A stretch of DNA of 64,000 nt from Squalus acanthias. Taxonomy: Eukaryota. This document shows positions 1 to 12,552 of the stretch, one piece after another (position 1 is the stretch's first letter; each line of letters starts with the position of its first letter). Position numbers and translations under genes: made by a program. The notes beneath the pieces are model-generated. The model had not been told where the DNA came from. It saw only the letters and a program-made list of their open reading frames with translations, and searched no databases. Location: positions 310,001 through 374,000 of the forward strand of contig JASTWF010000036.1 in assembly GCA_030390025.1 (NCBI GenBank). The letters run 5' to 3'.

Positions 1-328
1 CGAGCTTGTTCCATTAGGAACAGGAGGAGGCCATTTAGCCCCCCTCTCGAGCTTGTTCCATTAGGAACAGGAGGAGGCCATTCAGCCCCCTCGAGCTTGT
101 TCCATTAGGAACAGGAGGAGGCCATTCAGCCCCCTCGAGCCTGTTACATTAGGAACAGGAGGAGGCCATTCAGCTCCCTCGAGCCTGTTACATTAGGAAC
201 AGGAGGAGGCCATTCAGCCTCCTCGAGCCTGTTACATTAGGAACAGGAGGAGGCCATTCAGCCCCCTCGAACCCTGTTACATTAGGAACTGGAGGAGGCC
301 ATTCAGCCCCTCGAGCCTGTTACATTAG
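1..328 (-). repeat. 43-45 bp minisatellite derived from CR1-like LINE 3' tail
   Basis: Tandem aggaacaggaggaggccattcagcccc(c)tcgagcctgttacatt; the unit is the reverse complement of the CR1 tail seen as a single copy at ~30305-30350. Confidence 0.9.
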
Positions 329-857
329 GCGCTCCATAAATGCAAGCTGTCGGTGAAGTTCCCTATAAGAAAAAGCAATGCAATGGGGGGTTTCTTTTCC
401 GCTGCTTAAACTCATCAGTTGTTGATATTTTAATAAAAAACTGATATTGCTACACTAACCTCGGTCACCCTGGTCTTTCAGGTGGCGAACTACGATGGGG
501 AAAAAAAGCCCACATTGCACAACTGTATCGCAGCATCAAACGACACGACGTCACTGACCTTTGAGAGCGTGTTTGGTTAACCGTGTTCTATTTACTTGCG
601 AGCAGAACAGTTCAACAAATACTCGGGAAGTCTGGTGTCTCAGAAACGTTGCTGCCTATTCCGACACTGCAACAGTGGTTGCATTTCAAAAACGCACCGA
701 GACAACACTTCACTCTTCAAATGGACTCTGGGCAGAGCGCGTATTGTCAGTTTTAATACCATCTAGTTGGGCCGAATGACCGGTTAATACTTTGTCATAC
801 TTGGTAAACGTATAACTAGACTGGCTGAACTAAAGACCCTATCACAATTCAAATAAA

Positions 858-1435
858 AAGAACAAGAAATAGGAGCAGGAGTCGGCCATTCGGCCCCTCG
901 AGCCTGCTCCGCCATTCAATGAGATCATGGCTGATCTTCGACCTCAACTCCACTTTCCCGCCCGATCCCCATATCCCTCGATTCCCCTAAAGTCCAAAAA
1001 TCGATCGTTCTCAGTCTTGAATATACTCAATGACTCAGCATCCACAACCCTCTGGGGTAGAGAATTCCAAAGATTCACCACCCTCTGAGTGAAGAAATTC
1101 CTCCTCATCTCAGTCCGAAATGGCCGACCCCTTATCCTGAGACTGTGACCCCTGGTTCTAGACTCCCCAGCCAGGGGGAACATCCTCCCTGCATCTACCC
1201 TGTCAACCTCCTTAAGAATTTTGTATGGTTCAATCAGATCACCTCTCATTCTTCTAAACTCTAGGAAATGTAAGCCTCGTCTACTCAATCTCTCCTCCTC
1301 GGACAATCCCTCCATCCCAGGGATCAATTTCGTGAACCTTTGTTGCACTCCCTCGAAGGCAGGTATGTCCTTCCTTAGGTAAGGAGACCAAAACTTTACA
1401 CAATACTCCAGGTGTGGTCTCACCAAGGCTCTATA
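858..1435 (-). mobile_element. CR1/HER1-like LINE 3' fragment
   Basis: ORF2 C-terminus [19 protein letters not shown]...RRMRGDLI...FFTQRVVNLWNSLP plus 3' tail ending cctgctcctatttcttgt. Confidence 0.92.
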
Positions 1436-1444
1436 TATTTTAAA

Positions 1445-1908
1445 ATTTGTTTATGGGATGTGGGCATCGCTGGCAAGGCCAGCATTTATTGCCCATCCTA
1501 ATTGCCCCTTGAGAAAGTGGTGGTGAGCCGCCTTCTTGAACTGCTGCAGTCCGTGTGGTGAAGGTACTCCCACAGTGCTGTTAGGGAGAGAGTTCCAGGA
1601 TTTTGACCCAGCGACGATGAAGGATCAGCCGATATATATCCAAGTCAGGATGGTGAGAGACTCGGAGGGGAACTTGAAGGTGGTGGTGTTCCCGTGCGCC
1701 TGCTGTCCTTGTCCTTCTAGGTGGAAGAGGTCGCGGGTTTCGGAGGTGCTGCCGACGAGGCCTTGGCGAGTTGCTGCAGTGCATCTTGCAGATGGTACAC
1801 ACTGCAGCCACGGTGCGCCGGTGGTGGAGGGAGTGAATGTTTAAGGTGGTGGATGGGGTGCCGATCAAGCGGGCTGCTTTGTCCTGGATGGTGTCGAGCT
1901 TCTTGCTC
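1445..1908 (-). mobile_element. Non-LTR retrotransposon 3' fragment, family B (CR1/L2 supergroup)
   Basis: KLDTIQDKAARLIGTPSTTLNIHSLHHRRTVAAVC and tail gggcaataaatgctggcc; same family at 20055, 23790, 25460 and 35000. Confidence 0.85.
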
Positions 1909-1967
1909 ATTTAAGTATTTTAATGAGGTAGCGTGCCTCAGATTTCAAATTTAAGTAATGAGTAAAG

Positions 1968-2392
1968 AAGTACTGAGGGAGCACCGCACTGTCGGAGGGG
2001 CAGTACTGAGGGAGTGCCGCACTGTCGGAGGGGCAGTGCCGTGGGAGCGCCGCACTGTCGGAGGGGCAGTACTGAGGGAGCGCCGCACTGTCGGAGGATG
2101 GGTGTAAAAGATCCCATGGCCCCTATTTTGAAGAAGAGCGGGGGTGGGGGGGGGGTTCTCCTTAGTGTCCTGGGGCCAATATTTATCCCTCAATCAACCT
2201 CACGAAAAAAAGATGATCTGGTCATTTATCACATTTCTGCTTGTGGGAGCTTGCTGTGCACAATTTAACTGCCGCGTCTCCAACGACACATCAGCGACTG
2301 CACTTCAAAAAAAGAGAGCGCTTAATTGGCTGTGAAGCGCTTTGGGACGTCCTGAGGTGGTGAAAGGCGCCGGGGAAATGCCAGCTCTTTCG
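1968..2392 (+). mobile_element. DeuSINE (SacSINE1-like) with short internal 33 bp array
   Basis: About 4 units, then aaagatcccatggc...gtgtcctggggccaatatttatccctca...aagcgctttgggacgtcctgagg...aaaggcgc (Deu-domain-like body and LINE-type tail). Confidence 0.85.
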
Positions 2393-2884
2393 TTAAGGGA
2401 AGGGGGCAAAAGGCACGGATGCTGCCTGGATCACCAGCTGCCGCTTGCTGCCGGAAAGTGCGGGCACTTGGTACAAAAACCAAGGCTCCCTTGGCTGCGA
2501 ACCGCAACCAATCCAGCAAGTTAGCTCTGCTGGCCGGCTGCACTGCAGACACGTGTCAGAAGCCGGCAGGAGCTTTACTTCACTAAACCAATGAGAGAGA
2601 AAAAAAAATCAACTCTCGACACTTCAAAGCCGAATCTAATCTGAAGCTTCTTTAAGCTTTACCGCGTCTGTTGCACATGCTTGCCAGTTCCTCCATCGTA
2701 ACACTGTTAAGAGCTCAGCGCAGCAAGACTGCAAAATCATGAAATGAAGTGGGGAGAAAATCCCCAAAGAAAACCTCGCAAAACTTGTATGTGTCTAACG
2801 AGTGCCCCTGTTGCCGCTTAGAAAATATCCAACTCCTCGACACATTTTGCTTCATTCGGCAACTGGGACGAGTCACAAGGGTGT

Positions 2885-3665
2885 CCAAGTCCCGCTCACC
2901 CACCTACACTGGCTCCCGGTCCGGCAACGCCTCGATTTTAAAATCCGCATCCTCCTGTTCAAATCCCTCCGTGGTCTCCTCGCACACCCCCCCCTCCATA
3001 GCTCTGTAACCTCCTCCAGCCCCCCTACAACCCTCCCTATCTCTGTAACCTCCTCCAGCCCCCTACAACCCTCCCTATCTCTGTAACCTCCTCCAGCCCC
3101 CTACAACCCTCCCTATCTCTGTAACCTCCTCCAGCCCCTACAACCCTCCCTATCTCTGTAACCTCCTCCAACCCCTACAAACCTCCCTATCTCTGTAACC
3201 TCCTCCAGCCCCTACAACCCTCCCTATCTCTGTAACCTCCTCCAGCCCCTACAAACCTCCCTATCTCTGTAACCTCCTCCAGCCTCCTACAACCCTCCCT
3301 ATCTCTGTAACCTCCTCCAGCCCCCTACAACCCACCCTATCTCTGTAACCTCCTCCAGCCCCCTACAACCCTCCCTATCTTTGTAACCTCCTCCAGCCCC
3401 CTACAACCCTCCCTATCTCTGTAACTTCTTCCAGCCCCTACAACCCTCCCTATCTCTGTAACCTCCTCCAGCCCTCTACAACCCTGCCTATCTCTGTAAC
3501 CTCCTCCAGCCCCCTACAACCCTCCCTATCTCTGTAACCTCCTCCAGCCCCTACAACCCTCCCTATCTTTGTAACCTCCTCCAGCCCCCTACAACCCTGC
3601 CTATCTCTGTAACCTCCTCCAGCCCCCTACAACCCTCCCTATCTCTGTAACCTCCTCCAGCCCTT
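2885..3665 (+). repeat. L2-like LINE fragment with 36-38 bp minisatellite
   Basis: LHWLPVRQRLDFKIRILLFKSL followed by tandem ccctccctatctctgtaacctcctccagccc(c)tacaa from ~2990. Confidence 0.9.
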
Positions 3666-4289
3666 CCAATCTTTCCCGATAGCTATAAACCTCTCCGTTG
3701 TGCTAGCCATCAACCTGCAAGCAGTCATACACTGTCGCTTGTGGGAGCTTGCTGTGCTTCCAACAAATTGGGAATGCCTCCCACACAGCAGCTCTTGAAA
3801 TGCAGTTTGTGCGAAACCCCTTGTTTCGCTCGAGACTGCAAGCTGCTTTCTCCTCCTCTCAGGATTGACGTTCCACAACCTTTCGTCGCCAAAGGGCAGT
3901 GGCACATGATCAGGTGCCAATCCGCACCCCCCTTCCCCCCCCCAAAAAAAATCACACGCCAATGAAGACTCCGCGACAAGCAACTCCCTAAAGAGTGTGT
4001 TTGGACTTTCTTTGATGTAGTTGGCAATTCTCGTGGGAATCACAAGCAGAAGAGGTGATTCATGAAATAGTTAAGGTGGTATGATTTCAACACGCAGCAA
4101 GCTACTTGAATCAACACTGGTTTGCACGACAGTGCAACAGAGCGCATTGTCGAGCTCTAAGCCAAGGAGGATTCAAACGCTCCGGATAACCTCATTACAC
4201 TTTAAAAAAAACCCCACCGGAAACCAGTCTGTCCAGTGGCCAGCTTCAGCAAGTCTCGACAGTTTTATAACACGAGAACTCCCCCCATT

Positions 4290-7190
4290 TCTACAGCGCC
4301 TTCAACGTCGTAAAATGTCCCAAAAGCGCTTCACAGGAGCGTAAATCAGACACCCAGGAGATATTGGGACAGGCGACCAACAGCTTTGGTCAAAGAGGTA
4401 GGCTTTAAGGAGCGTCTTAAAGGAGGGGGAAGAGAGGCAGCGAGCAGTAAGGAGGGAATTCCAGAGCTTAGGACCGAGGCAGCTGAAGACACGGCCGCCA
4501 ATGGTGGAGCGATGGAAATCAGGGGACGCGCAAGAGGCCGGAATTGGAGGAGCGCAGAGATCTTGGAGGGTTGTAGGTGGCTGGAGGAGGTTTCAGAGAT
4601 AGGGAGGGTTGTAGGTGGCTGGAGGAGGTTTCAGAGATAGGGAGGGTTGTAGGGGGCTGGAGGAGGTTACAGAGATAGGGAGGGTTGTAGGGGGCTGGAG
4701 GAGGTTACAGAGATAGGGAGGGTTGTAGGGGCTGGAGGAGGTTTCAGAGATAGGGAGGGTTGTAGGGGGCTGGAGGAGGTTACAGAGATAGGGAGGGTTG
4801 TAGGGGCTGGAGGAGGTTACAGAGATAGGGAGGGTTGTAGGGGGCTGGAGGAGGTTACAGAGATAGGGAGGGTTGTAGGGGCTGGAGGAGGTTTCAGAGA
4901 TAGGGAGGGTTGTAGGGGGCTGGAGGAGGTTACAGAGATAGGGAGGGTTGTAGGTGGCTGGAGGAGGTTTCAGAGATAGGGAGGGTTGTAGGGGGCTGGA
5001 GGAGGTTACAGAGATAGGGAGGGTTGTAGGGGCTGGAGGAGGTTACAGAGATAGGGAGGGTTGTAGGGGGCTGGAGGAGGTTTCAGAGATAGGGAGGGTT
5101 GTAGGGGGCTGGAGGAGGTTACAGAGATAGGGAGGGTTGTAGGGGGCTGGAGGAGGTTACAGAGATAGGGAGGGTTGTAGGGGGCTGGAGGAGGTTACAG
5201 AGATAGGGAGGGTTGTAGGGGCTGGAGGAGGTTTCAGAGATAGGGAGGGTTGTAGGGGCTGGAGGAGGTTACAGAGATAGGGAGGGTTGTAGGGGGCTGG
5301 AGGAGGTTACAGAGATAGGGAGGGTTGTGGGGGCTGGAGGAGGTTACAGAGATAGGGAGGGTTGTAGGGGGCTGGAGGAGGTTACAGAGATAGGGAGGGT
5401 TGTAGGGGCTGGAGGAGGTTACAGAGATAGGGAGGGTTGTAGGGGGCTGGAGGAGGTTACAGAGATAGGGAGGGTTGTAGGGGGCTGGAGGAGGTTACAG
5501 AGAGAGGGAGGGTTGTAGGGGCTGGAGGAGGTTACAGAGATAGGGAGGGTTGTAGGGGGCTGGAGGAGGTTACAGAGATAGGGAGGGTTGTAGGGGCTGG
5601 AGGAGGTTACAGAGAGAGGGAGGGTTGTAGGGGGCTGGAGGAGGTTACAGAGATAGGGAGGGTTGTAGGGGGCTGGAGGAGGTTACAGAGATAGGGAGGG
5701 TTGTAGGGGGCTGGAGGAGGTTACAGAGATAGGGAGGGTTGGAGGGGCTGGAGGAGGTTACAGAGATAGGGAGGGTTGTAGAGGGCTGGAGGAGGTTACA
5801 GAGATAGGGAGGTTTGTAGGGGGCTGGAGGAGGTTACAGAGATAGGGAGGGTTGGAGGGGCTGGAGGAGGTTACAGAGATAGGGAGGGTTGGAGGGGCTG
5901 GAGGAGGTTACAGAGATAGGGAGGGTTGTCGGGGGCTGGAGGAGGTTACAGAGATAGGGAGGGTTGTCGGGGCTGGAGGAGGTTACAGAGATAGGGAGGG
6001 TTGTCGGGGGCTGGAGGAGGTTACAGAGATAGGGAGGGTTGTAGGGGGCTGGAGGAGGTTACAGAGAGAGGGAGGGTTGTAGGGGGCTGGAGGAGGTTAC
6101 AGAGATAGGGAGGGTTGTAGGGGGCTGGAGGAGGTTACAGAGATAGGGAGGGTTGTAGGGGCTGGAGGAGGTTACAGAGAGAGGGAGGGTTGTAGGGGGC
6201 TGGAGGAGGTTACAGAGATAGGGAGGGTTGTAGGGGGCTGGAGGAGGTTACAGAGATAGGGAGGGTTGGAGGGGCTGGAGGAGGTTACAGAGATAGGGAG
6301 GGTTGTAGAGGGCTGGAGGAGGTTACAGAGATAGGGAGGTTTGTAGGGGGCTGGAGGAGGTTACAGAGATAGGGAGGGTTGGAGGGGCTGGAGGAGGTTA
6401 CAGAGATAGGGAGGGTTGGAGGGGCTGGAGGAGGTTACAGAGATAGGGAGGGTTGTCGGGGGCTGGAGGAGGTTACAGAGATAGGGAGGGTTGGAGGGGC
6501 TGGAGGAGGTTACAGAGATAGGGAGGGTTGTCGGGGGCTGGAGGAAGTTACAGAGATAGGGAGGGTTGTAGGGGGCTGGAGGAGGTTACAGAGATAGGGA
6601 GGTTTGTAGGGGCTGGAGGAGGTTACAGAGATAGGGAGGGTTGGAGGGGCTGGAGGAGGTTACAGAGATAGGCAGGGTTATAGGGTGCTGGAGGAGGTTA
6701 CAGAGATAGGGAGGGTTGTAGGGGGCTGGAGGAGGTTACAGAGATAGGGAGGGTTGTAGGGGGCTGGAGGAGGTTACAGAGATAGGGAGGGTTGTAGGGT
6801 GCTGGAGGAGGTTACAGAGATAGGGAGGGTTGGAGGGGCTGGAGGAGGTTACAGAGATAGGCAGGGTTATAGGGTGCTGGAGGAGGTTACAGAGATAGGG
6901 AGGGTTGTAGGGGGCTGGGGGAGGTTACAGAGATAGGGAGGGTTGTCGGGGGCAGGAGGAGGTTACAGAGATAGGGAGGGTTGTAGGGGCTGGAGGAGGT
7001 TACAGAGATAGGGAGGGGAAAGGCGAGGAGGCCACGGAGGGATTTGAAAACAAGGATGACAATTGTAAATTTGAAACGTTGCCGGACCGGGAGCCAGTGT
7101 AGGTCAGCGAGCACAGTGGGTGAAGGGTGAACGGGACTCGGTGCGAGTTAGCAGGCGGGGCAGCAGGAGGTTTGGATGAGCTGAAGTTTA
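4290..7190 (-). repeat. L2-like LINE 3' fragment containing a ~2.45 kb 36-38 bp minisatellite (~4560-7015)
   Basis: L2-like ORF2 text (LADLHWLPVRQRFKFTIVILVFKSL) on one side of the array and the L2-like 3' region on the other. Confidence 0.92.
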
Positions 7191-7454
7191 CGGAGGGGGC
7201 AAAAGGAATTTCACGTTGGCAAAATCTCAAAGACCAGATGGGAGCAACCTTACTATAGTTGCAACTGCAGGCAACAGCGTCTCCGAAATGTACCTACGCT
7301 GAAACCGTCTGTCTTGACTCAGCGGATCATGCGCACTGCTCAACAATGCCACCCGTTCCCCGATAGTCAGGGAGAAATTCAGCCAACGCACCGACACCTG
7401 GGTGTCCAATGGTGGTAAAACTGCTGGAACATACGACTAACCGCTACATCGATC

Positions 7455-8392
7455 TTCAGTCAATGCGTCCCAAAGTGCTTCACAGCCAATGAAGTACTTT
7501 TTTTGGAAGTGTAGTGACTGTTGTAATGTGGGAAACGCGGCAGCCAATTTGCGCACAGCAAGCTCCCACAAACAGCGATGTGATAAATGACCAGATCATC
7601 TCTTACAGCGATGTAGATTGAGGGATAAATATTGGTCACTGGACACCGGGGAGCACCGCCCCTTTCCCCGCCCCGCTCTTCTTCGAAACAGCGGCCGCGG
7701 GATCTTTTACATCCACCCGAGGGGGCAGACGGGGCCTCGGTTCAACGTCTCATCTGAAAGGCGGCACCTCTGACAGTGCAGCGCTCCCTCAGTACCGCCC
7801 CTCCGACAGTGCGGCCCTCCCTCAGTACCGCCCCTCCGACAGAGCGGCGCTCCCTCAGTACCGCCCCTCCGACAGTGCGGCGCTCCCTCAGTACCGCCCC
7901 TCCGACAGTGCGGCGCTCCCTCAGTACCACCCCTCCGACAGTGCGGCGCTCCCTCAATACTGCCCCTCCGACAGTGCGGAGCTCCCTCAGTACCGCCCCA
8001 GCAACAGTGCGGCGCTCCCTCAGTACTGCCCCGCCGACAGTGCGGCGTTCCCTCAGTACCGCCCCTGCGACGCTCCCTCAGTACCGCCCCTCCGACAGTG
8101 CGGCGCTCCCTCAGTACCGCCCCTCCGACAGTGCTGCGCTCCCTCAGTACCGCCCTTCCGACAGTGCGGTGCTCCCTCAGTACCGCCCCTCCGACAGTGC
8201 GGCGCTCCCTCAGTACTGACCCTCCGACAGTGCGGCGCTCCCTCAGTACCGCCCCTTCAACAGTGTGGCGCTCCCTCAGTACTGCCACTCCGATAGTGCG
8301 GCGTTCCCTCAGTACCGCCCCTGCGGCGCTCCCTCAGTACTGCCCCTCCGACAGTGCGGCGTTCCCTCAGTACCGCCCCTCCGACAGTGCGG
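7455..8392 (-). mobile_element. DeuSINE with internal 33 bp array (~7770-8390)
   Basis: Reverse-complement SINE body 7455-7770 plus tandem gctccctcagtaccgcccctccgacagtgcggc. Confidence 0.9.
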
Positions 8393-8871
8393 CCGCAAAG
8401 AATAAAGCGATCAATAATTTAATGAGATTTTGCCTCATTGGTTGTGCTGTACGGTATGGTGAGGGGGGTGGGTGGGTGGGGAAATAGTATTTAATCATGT
8501 TGCTCATTCAAAACAGAAAATGCTGCCAACAAATTTCACTTTTCCAGAAATAGAATTGGGTTATGAGAGCCCCTGGGGACAGACCAGCCGAAGACTTTCC
8601 AAACTTGATACCACTCAAAAATAAAAAGGGTTGAACTTAGGCAGGATTTCCTCTTGGAGCGTGACAGCGAGTGGAAAATGTTCTGACCTTTAGCAGGACA
8701 TGGATCCACTGCACACTTGTTGGAGCGACCCAAGTTGTACACACTGCCCAGAATCAGCGTGTCTGCACTGCAATCTTACCGTCTCCCATTTAAATTGCAG
8801 AGTACGCACCCGGGAAGCAAAAAACTTTGGAAGGGGTTTACAGTAGAGACACACATTATTTATCAACACCA

Positions 8872-9540
8872 TAATCTAGGCCGACACTCCCACTGTAGTA
8901 CTGAGAGAGCGCTGCACTGTCGCAGGGGCAGTACTGAAGGAACGCCGCACTGTCGGAGGGGCGGTACTGAGGGAGCGCTGCACTGTCGGAGGGGCAGTAC
9001 TGAGGGAGCGCTGCACTGTCGCAGGGGCAGTACTGAAGGAACGCCGCACTGTCGCAGGGGCAGTACTGAGGGAGAACCGCACTGTCGGATGGGGCAGTAC
9101 TGAGGGAGCGCTGCACTGTCGGAGGGGCAGTACTGAGGGAGAACCGCACTGTCAGAGGGGCGGTACTGAGGGAGAACCACACTGTCGGATGGGGCAGTAC
9201 TGAGGGAGCGCCGCACTGTCGGAGGGGCGGTGCTGAGGGAGCGCTGCACTGCCGGAGATGCAGTGTTTCTGATGAGACATTAAAACAAGGCCACTATTTC
9301 GAAGAGGAGCAGGAGGGAGTCCTGGGGCCAATATTTATCCTTCAACCAAAATCACCAAAAGCAGATTATCTGGTCAGTCATCACATTGCTGTTTGTGGGA
9401 GCTTACTGTGCACAATTTTGGCTGCCGCGTTTCCTACATTACAACAGTGACTCCACTTCAAAAAGTCCTTCACTGGCTGTAAAGCGCTTTGGGACGTCCT
9501 GAGGTTGTGAAAGGCGCTGTAGAAACGCAAATCTTTCTTT
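8872..9540 (+). mobile_element. DeuSINE with internal 33 bp array (~8895-9255)
   Basis: gacactcccactgtagtactgag, then array, gatgagacattaaa, body and tail aaagcgctttgggacgtcctgagg. Confidence 0.9.
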
Positions 9541-9684
9541 CCCCATTTGCCTTCAATTTATTTCTCCTTCAAGCATTTACTTGAAGCCAATAACCAGCCA
9601 CAGCCCAAGTGGCAGATTCACAGACCCATACTTCCCTGGGCCTCCAGGATGACGACGTTTCCTGGAGCGTTGCGGACAGAGAAA

Positions 9685-10220
9685 AACTATTTCCACTGGT
9701 CTAGGACTGGGGGGCATACTATATAAATTAGAGCCAGACCTTTCAGGAGTGACGTTAGGAAACACTTCTACACACAAAGGGTGGTAGAAGTTTGGAACTC
9801 TCTTCCGCAAACGGCAATTGATGCTGGGGGTCAATTGTTAATTTTAAATCTGAGATTGATAGATTTTTGTTAACCAAAGGGTATTAAGGGATACGGGGCA
9901 AAGGCGGGTTTATGGAGTTAGGTCACAGATCACCCATGATCTCATCAAATGGCGGAACAGGCTCGAGGGGGCTGAATGGCCTCCTCCTGTTCCTAATTTA
10001 ACAGGCTCGAGGGGCTGAATGGCCTCCTCCTGTTCCTAATGTAACAGGCTCGAGAGGGGCTGAATGGCCTCCTCCTGTTCCTAATGTAACAGGCTCGAGG
10101 GGGGCTGAATGGCCTCCTCCTGTTCCTAATGTAACAGGCTCGAGGGGGGCTGAACGGCCTCCTCCTGTTCCTAATGTAACAGGCTCGAGGGGGGCTGAAT
10201 GGCCTCCTCCTTTTCCTATG
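9685..10220 (+). mobile_element. CR1-like 3' fragment ending in 6 tandem copies of its 43-45 bp tail
   Basis: Body ggaaacacttctacacacaaagggtggtagaagtttggaactc runs directly into (aacaggctcgaggggctgaatggcctcctcctgttcctaatgt)x6. Confidence 0.9.
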
Positions 10221-10587
10221 TTCGGACTACGAGCGCTATCTGTACTTCTAAGGCGTCCAAAAAAAAACCACAATCAGTTGTTTAAAAAAGAAACCAGCGC
10301 AGTCACCCCTCCAACGCTTTTCCGCTCCTCCCTTGTGGGGAAGCTTCAGGCCCAAGCTCAGAGCGGGCACAGGAAATGTGCTGGCGTGATTCAGTGCATG
10401 ATTCATGGATCAGCTGAGAGTTGTAATCGTATTAGAACAGTCGCACTCCATCGCACTTCTGTCCAGCTCAGACAGAATTATGACTCACGCAACAGGCGCG
10501 CGAAACCAAGGCTTTGAAAGAACTGCGCTCGGCTCAGTTCCGCTGAGCAGAGCTGGAGTGGAAAAAAAAAACCCACATCAGGTTAAA

Positions 10588-11594
10588 TCCGACGGGCCAC
10601 AGCGAAAAACCGCATAGACCTCCTCAGAAGGCGAACACGGGACACAACCAACAGAGTACCCGACGTCGTCCAGTACTTCCCCGGAGCGGAGAAACTACGC
10701 CATGTTCTTCGCAGCCTTCAACATGTCATCGATGACGACGAACACCTCGCTAAGGCCATCCCCACGCCTCCACTACTCGCCTTCAAGCAGCCGCCTAACC
10801 TCAAAAGTACCATCGTTCGCAGCAAATTACCCAGCTGTCAGGAGAACAGCGACCACGACACCACACAACCCTGCCACGGCAACCTCTGCAAGACATGCCA
10901 GATCATCAACACAGATACCATCATCACACGTGAGGACACTAGCCACCAGGTACATGGTACATACTCATGTGACTCGGCCAACGTTGTCTACCTCATACGT
11001 TGCAGGAAAGGCCGCCCCGGAGCATGGTACATCGGCGAGACCATGCAGACACTGAGACAACCTATGAACGGACACCGCGCAACAATCGCCTGGCAGGATT
11101 GTTACCTCCCTGTCGGGGAACACTTCAGCAGTCAAGGACATTCAGCCTCGGATCTGCGGGTAAGCGTTCTCCAAGGCGGCCTTCGAGACACACAACGCAA
11201 AATCATCGAGCAGAAACTGATAGCCAAGTTCCGCACCCATGAGGACGGCCTCAATAGGGATCTCGGGTTCATGTCACGCTACAGAACGTGACTCGACATC
11301 GTTGTCTGTCTTTCCAGTTTCAAAAAAAAGTTAAAAGCTCAACTGCAGACGGCAACATTTGACACGTTGGACCCCCTGTGACCCACCTCATTGTCTTAGC
11401 TGTACTCTGATGTGTCTTCGATGTAATGCCTTCCTAACAGATTGTATCTCTGCAGACAAATTGCTCTCTGTGTATATATACTGCCGATTTGTATTCCCTC
11501 ACTGTACTTGTACCTGAAGAAGGAGCAGCGCTCCGAAAGCTCGTGATTTTAAATAAAACTGTTGGACTATAACCTGGTGTTGTGCGACTTCTCG
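10588..11594 (+). mobile_element. Penelope-like element (family P1): GIY-YIG endonuclease C-terminal fragment plus pseudo-LTR
   Basis: Stop-free frame from ~10590 to 11291: PLLAFKQPPNLKSTIVRSKL...PCHGNLCKTC...NVVYLIRC...WYIGETMQTLRQPMNGH...GLNRDLG. Possible 7 bp TSD ggttaaa at 10581 and 11595. Confidence 0.9.
11511..11545 (+). ncRNA. Minimal type I hammerhead ribozyme-like motif in Penelope pseudo-LTR
   Basis: CTGAAGA-A-GGAGC agc GCTCC-GAAAG-CTC: conserved core, 5 bp helix II, loopless palindromic helix III (AGCT). Confidence 0.7.
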
Positions 11595-11794
11595 GGTTAA
11601 AGTAGAGGCACGCAGTACAAAAAGCAAGGAGGTGCTGCTAAACCCTTCACAAAACAAAAAAAATCACTGGTTAGGCCCACAACTGCAGCCTCGTGTCCCA
11701 ATTTAGGAAGGGCGTCAGGGACGTGGAGAGGGTGCAGAGGAGATTTACTGGATTGGACAGTGGGGTGGGTTGGAGGAGATCCGGAAGCATAAGA

Positions 11795-12552
11795 TCAACA
11801 TAAGAAACAGGAGCAGGAGTCGGCCAATCGGCCCCTCGAGCCTGCTCCGCCATTCAGTAAGATCATGGCCGATCCAATCTTGGCCTCAACACCACTTTCC
11901 CGCTCTCTCCCCATACTCCTTGATTCCCCTGTAGGTCTGTCAATCTCCGCCTTGAATATATTCAGCGACTCCACCTCCACAGCTCTCTGCGGTAGAGAAT
12001 TCCAAAGATTCACGACCCTGAGAGAAGAAATTCCTCCTCATCTCCGTTTTAAACGGGCGACCCCTTATTCTGAAACTATGCCCCCTAGTTCTAGATTTCC
12101 CCCACTAGGAGAAACATCCTCTCAGCATCCACCCTGTCAATCCCCCTCAGAATCTTATATGTTTCAATAAGATCACCTCTCATTCTTCTAAACTCCAATG
12201 AGTATAGGCCCAAACTGCTCAACCTTTTGTCATAAGACAACCCCCTTCATCCCAGGAATCAACCTGGTGAACCTTCTCTGCACTGCCTCCAATGCAAGTA
12301 TATCCTTCCTTAAATAAGGAGACCACAACTGTACGCAGTACTCCAGGTGTGGTCTCACCAACGCCCTGTAAAGTTGCATCAAAACTTCCCTACTTTTATA
12401 CTCCATACCCCTTGCAATAAAGGCCAACATTCCATTAGCCTTCCTAATTACTTGCTGCACCTGCATGCTAACTTTTTGTGTTTCATGTACTTGGACCCCC
12501 AGATCCCTTTGTACCGCAGCATTTTGTAGTCTCACTCCATTTAAATAATAAT
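11795..12552 (-). mobile_element. CR1-like LINE 3' fragment
   Basis: VQRDLGVQVHETQKVSMQVQQVIRKANGMLAFIARGMEYKS...LVRPHLEYC and tail. Confidence 0.92.

Noticed and set aside
1..328. CRISPR-like appearance of 33-51 bp regular repeats
   Set aside because: Units are head-to-tail with no unique spacers, there are no cas genes, and the context is a vertebrate intron.
2990..3665. Match of the unit to the human recombination hotspot heptamer CCTCCCT
   Set aside because: PRDM9 specificity is lineage-specific, so the human motif has no direct meaning here.
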